Shown here piece by piece: positions 30,152 through 31,276 of a stretch of DNA of 31,276 nucleotides (its first letter is position 1; every line of letters starts with the position of its first letter). The notes under the pieces are model-generated. The model was not told where the DNA came from. It was given only the letters and a program-made list of their open reading frames with translations, and did no database searches. The DNA is from a virus (lineage: Duplodnaviria; Caudoviricetes): positions 1 to 31,276 of the IMG/VR virus record IMGVR_UViG_3300046832_001180. One strand, written 5' to 3'. The position numbers and the translations under genes were made by a program.

Positions 30152-31276
30152 TCAGCTACAAATTACTTGGGTCAAAGCGCCTGTGCAACGACGGAAGATG
30201 ATGGTCATTCCTTGGTTGGTGAAAACAGGCTCCGGGGCATGAATGAACTCAGCGTAGTGCTGACCCTTCTTCTCCAGAGGATCGGCGCAATCCACATCGA
30301 GCTTGTAGGCACCAGTCACCCACTGCCACTCGCCCATGTAGTTGGTCGGCATCCAGCTCAAATCACCAACACGGTTCACAGGACGCACGATGTGCGACTT
30401 GAACACATACGGGGTGACAACGAACGCAGCCTCGTACGGGGCGGTCGTCCAGCTCGAGTTGACGCTGAACACCGTACCCTTAGTGCCATTGGCGCTGGTG
30501 AACGGCTGAACCAGCGTGTACTTGCCGCCAGCGTAGGTGAAGCGGGGCGGGAACAGATTCGGCACATGCCGGAAGTTCTTGATGACCCGGTTCGCGCCAA
30601 TGCGCTTGAGCAACTCAGCGCCGCTGCCGCTGCCCATATCAGCCTGACGCAGATCCTCGCGGAACGCGGGGTTGTTCTGAGCGATGCGCTGCGAAGCCTC
30701 CAAGCCGATATAGAGCGGGAACACCGGGCCGTCGCTGCTGTAGCTGATGAAGCCAGAGCTATCAGGATTGGTAGCGCCGTTACGGATCAGCGTGGCAGCA
30801 GCCACATCCAGCATCTCCTGAGTCAGCTCGGAGGTGGACTGATTCAACGCCTGACCAACGGAGCCGGTCTGAATCCAAGGCAACTCATTCACGCCAGACG
30901 GAATCGTCTCAACCTGAGTGAAGGACGAGTCGGCCACAGCCTTGATGGCATACTTGGCGAACATGTTCTGGTAACGGGTTTCCCAAGAACGCTGCGCGCG
31001 AATGGACAGCTTCTCCAAGTACACACGCAAGAACGCCTCGACGCGATGGTCGAAGGTCAGATCATCCTTACACAAGAGCGGACCTTTGAGGGCGAAACGC
31101 TCAGGACTCCAAGTAACGGCATTGTAGCCGACCGGAACGTCGTTGTAGGTGACATCGCAAGCGCCAGCGTTATCGCCGGGATTGCCGCTGGCGAGCGTGA
31201 TGGCCGACCACTCCTCAGCCGCAGTCGGCTCGATGGAGGTGGTGGTGAACGAGGTCTGGGTCAGACCAGTACCCTG
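30152..31276 (-). CDS. Probable major capsid protein, 5'-truncated by the window edge
   Basis: Frame is open to 31276 (QGTGLTQTSF...LKGPLLCKDD..., at least 374 aa). Strong C-ending codon bias, followed by a strong terminator, HK97-like segments (ELTQEMLDVAAATL). No motif proof. Confidence 0.72.
   Translation of the reverse strand, partial: QGTGLTQTSFTTTSIEPTAAEEWSAITLASGNPGDNAGACDVTYNDVPVGYNAVTWSPERFALKGPLLCKDDLTFDHRVEAFLRVYLEKLSIRAQRSWETRYQNMFAKYAIKAVADSSFTQVETIPSGVNELPWIQTGSVGQALNQSTSELTQEMLDVAAATLIRNGATNPDSSGFISYSSDGPVFPLYIGLEASQRIAQNNPAFREDLRQADMGSGSGAELLKRIGANRVIKNFRHVPNLFPPRFTYAGGKYTLVQPFTSANGTKGTVFSVNSSWTTAPYEAAFVVTPYVFKSHIVRPVNRVGDLSWMPTNYMGEWQWVTGAYKLDVDCADPLEKKGQHYAEFIHAPEPVFTNQGMTIIFRRCTGALTQVICS

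Noticed and set aside
1-31276. tRNA, rRNA, CRISPR array, integrase, alternative genetic code
   Set aside because: None seen. Intergenic gaps are too short, and genes tile densely under the standard code with TAA, TGA and TAG all used as stops.

Overview
The whole window is a fragment of a tailed dsDNA bacteriophage genome with a podovirus-like virion module. No sheath, tail tube or tape measure gene is seen. It has four alternating blocks. (1) 1-5952, + strand: early/replication genes (RHH regulator, SF2 helicase, SSB, HNH endonuclease, RuvC-like resolvase, small ORFs, primase-helicase). (2) 5942-16473, - strand: tail and ejection genes (fiber/spike, probable nozzle, collar-type fiber, probable adaptor, three internal virion proteins, two small basic proteins). 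(3) 16528-25106, + strand: packaging operon (TerL, Cys-rich protein, portal, scaffold) with a methyltransferase + GT25 + GH130-like glycan cassette inserted after the portal. (4) 25162-31276, - strand: probable major capsid protein (truncated by the window edge), a free-standing HNH endonuclease with its own terminator and promoter, fiber adaptors, a fiber, and a holin/spanin-like cassette with no endolysin. The most interesting signals are: a 679-residue stretch of the largest ejection protein with only one lysine; the glycan-modification cassette inside the head-assembly operon (candidate virion glycosylation system); a 3x heptad (I/V)TAD motif shared by the nozzle and a small adaptor next to a T4 gp9/gp10-like fiber; and a sharp Cys-rich versus Cys-free split between outer and internal virion proteins. 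All functional calls come from motif recognition by eye and gene order; no database search was run. I saw no tRNA, rRNA, CRISPR array or integrase.
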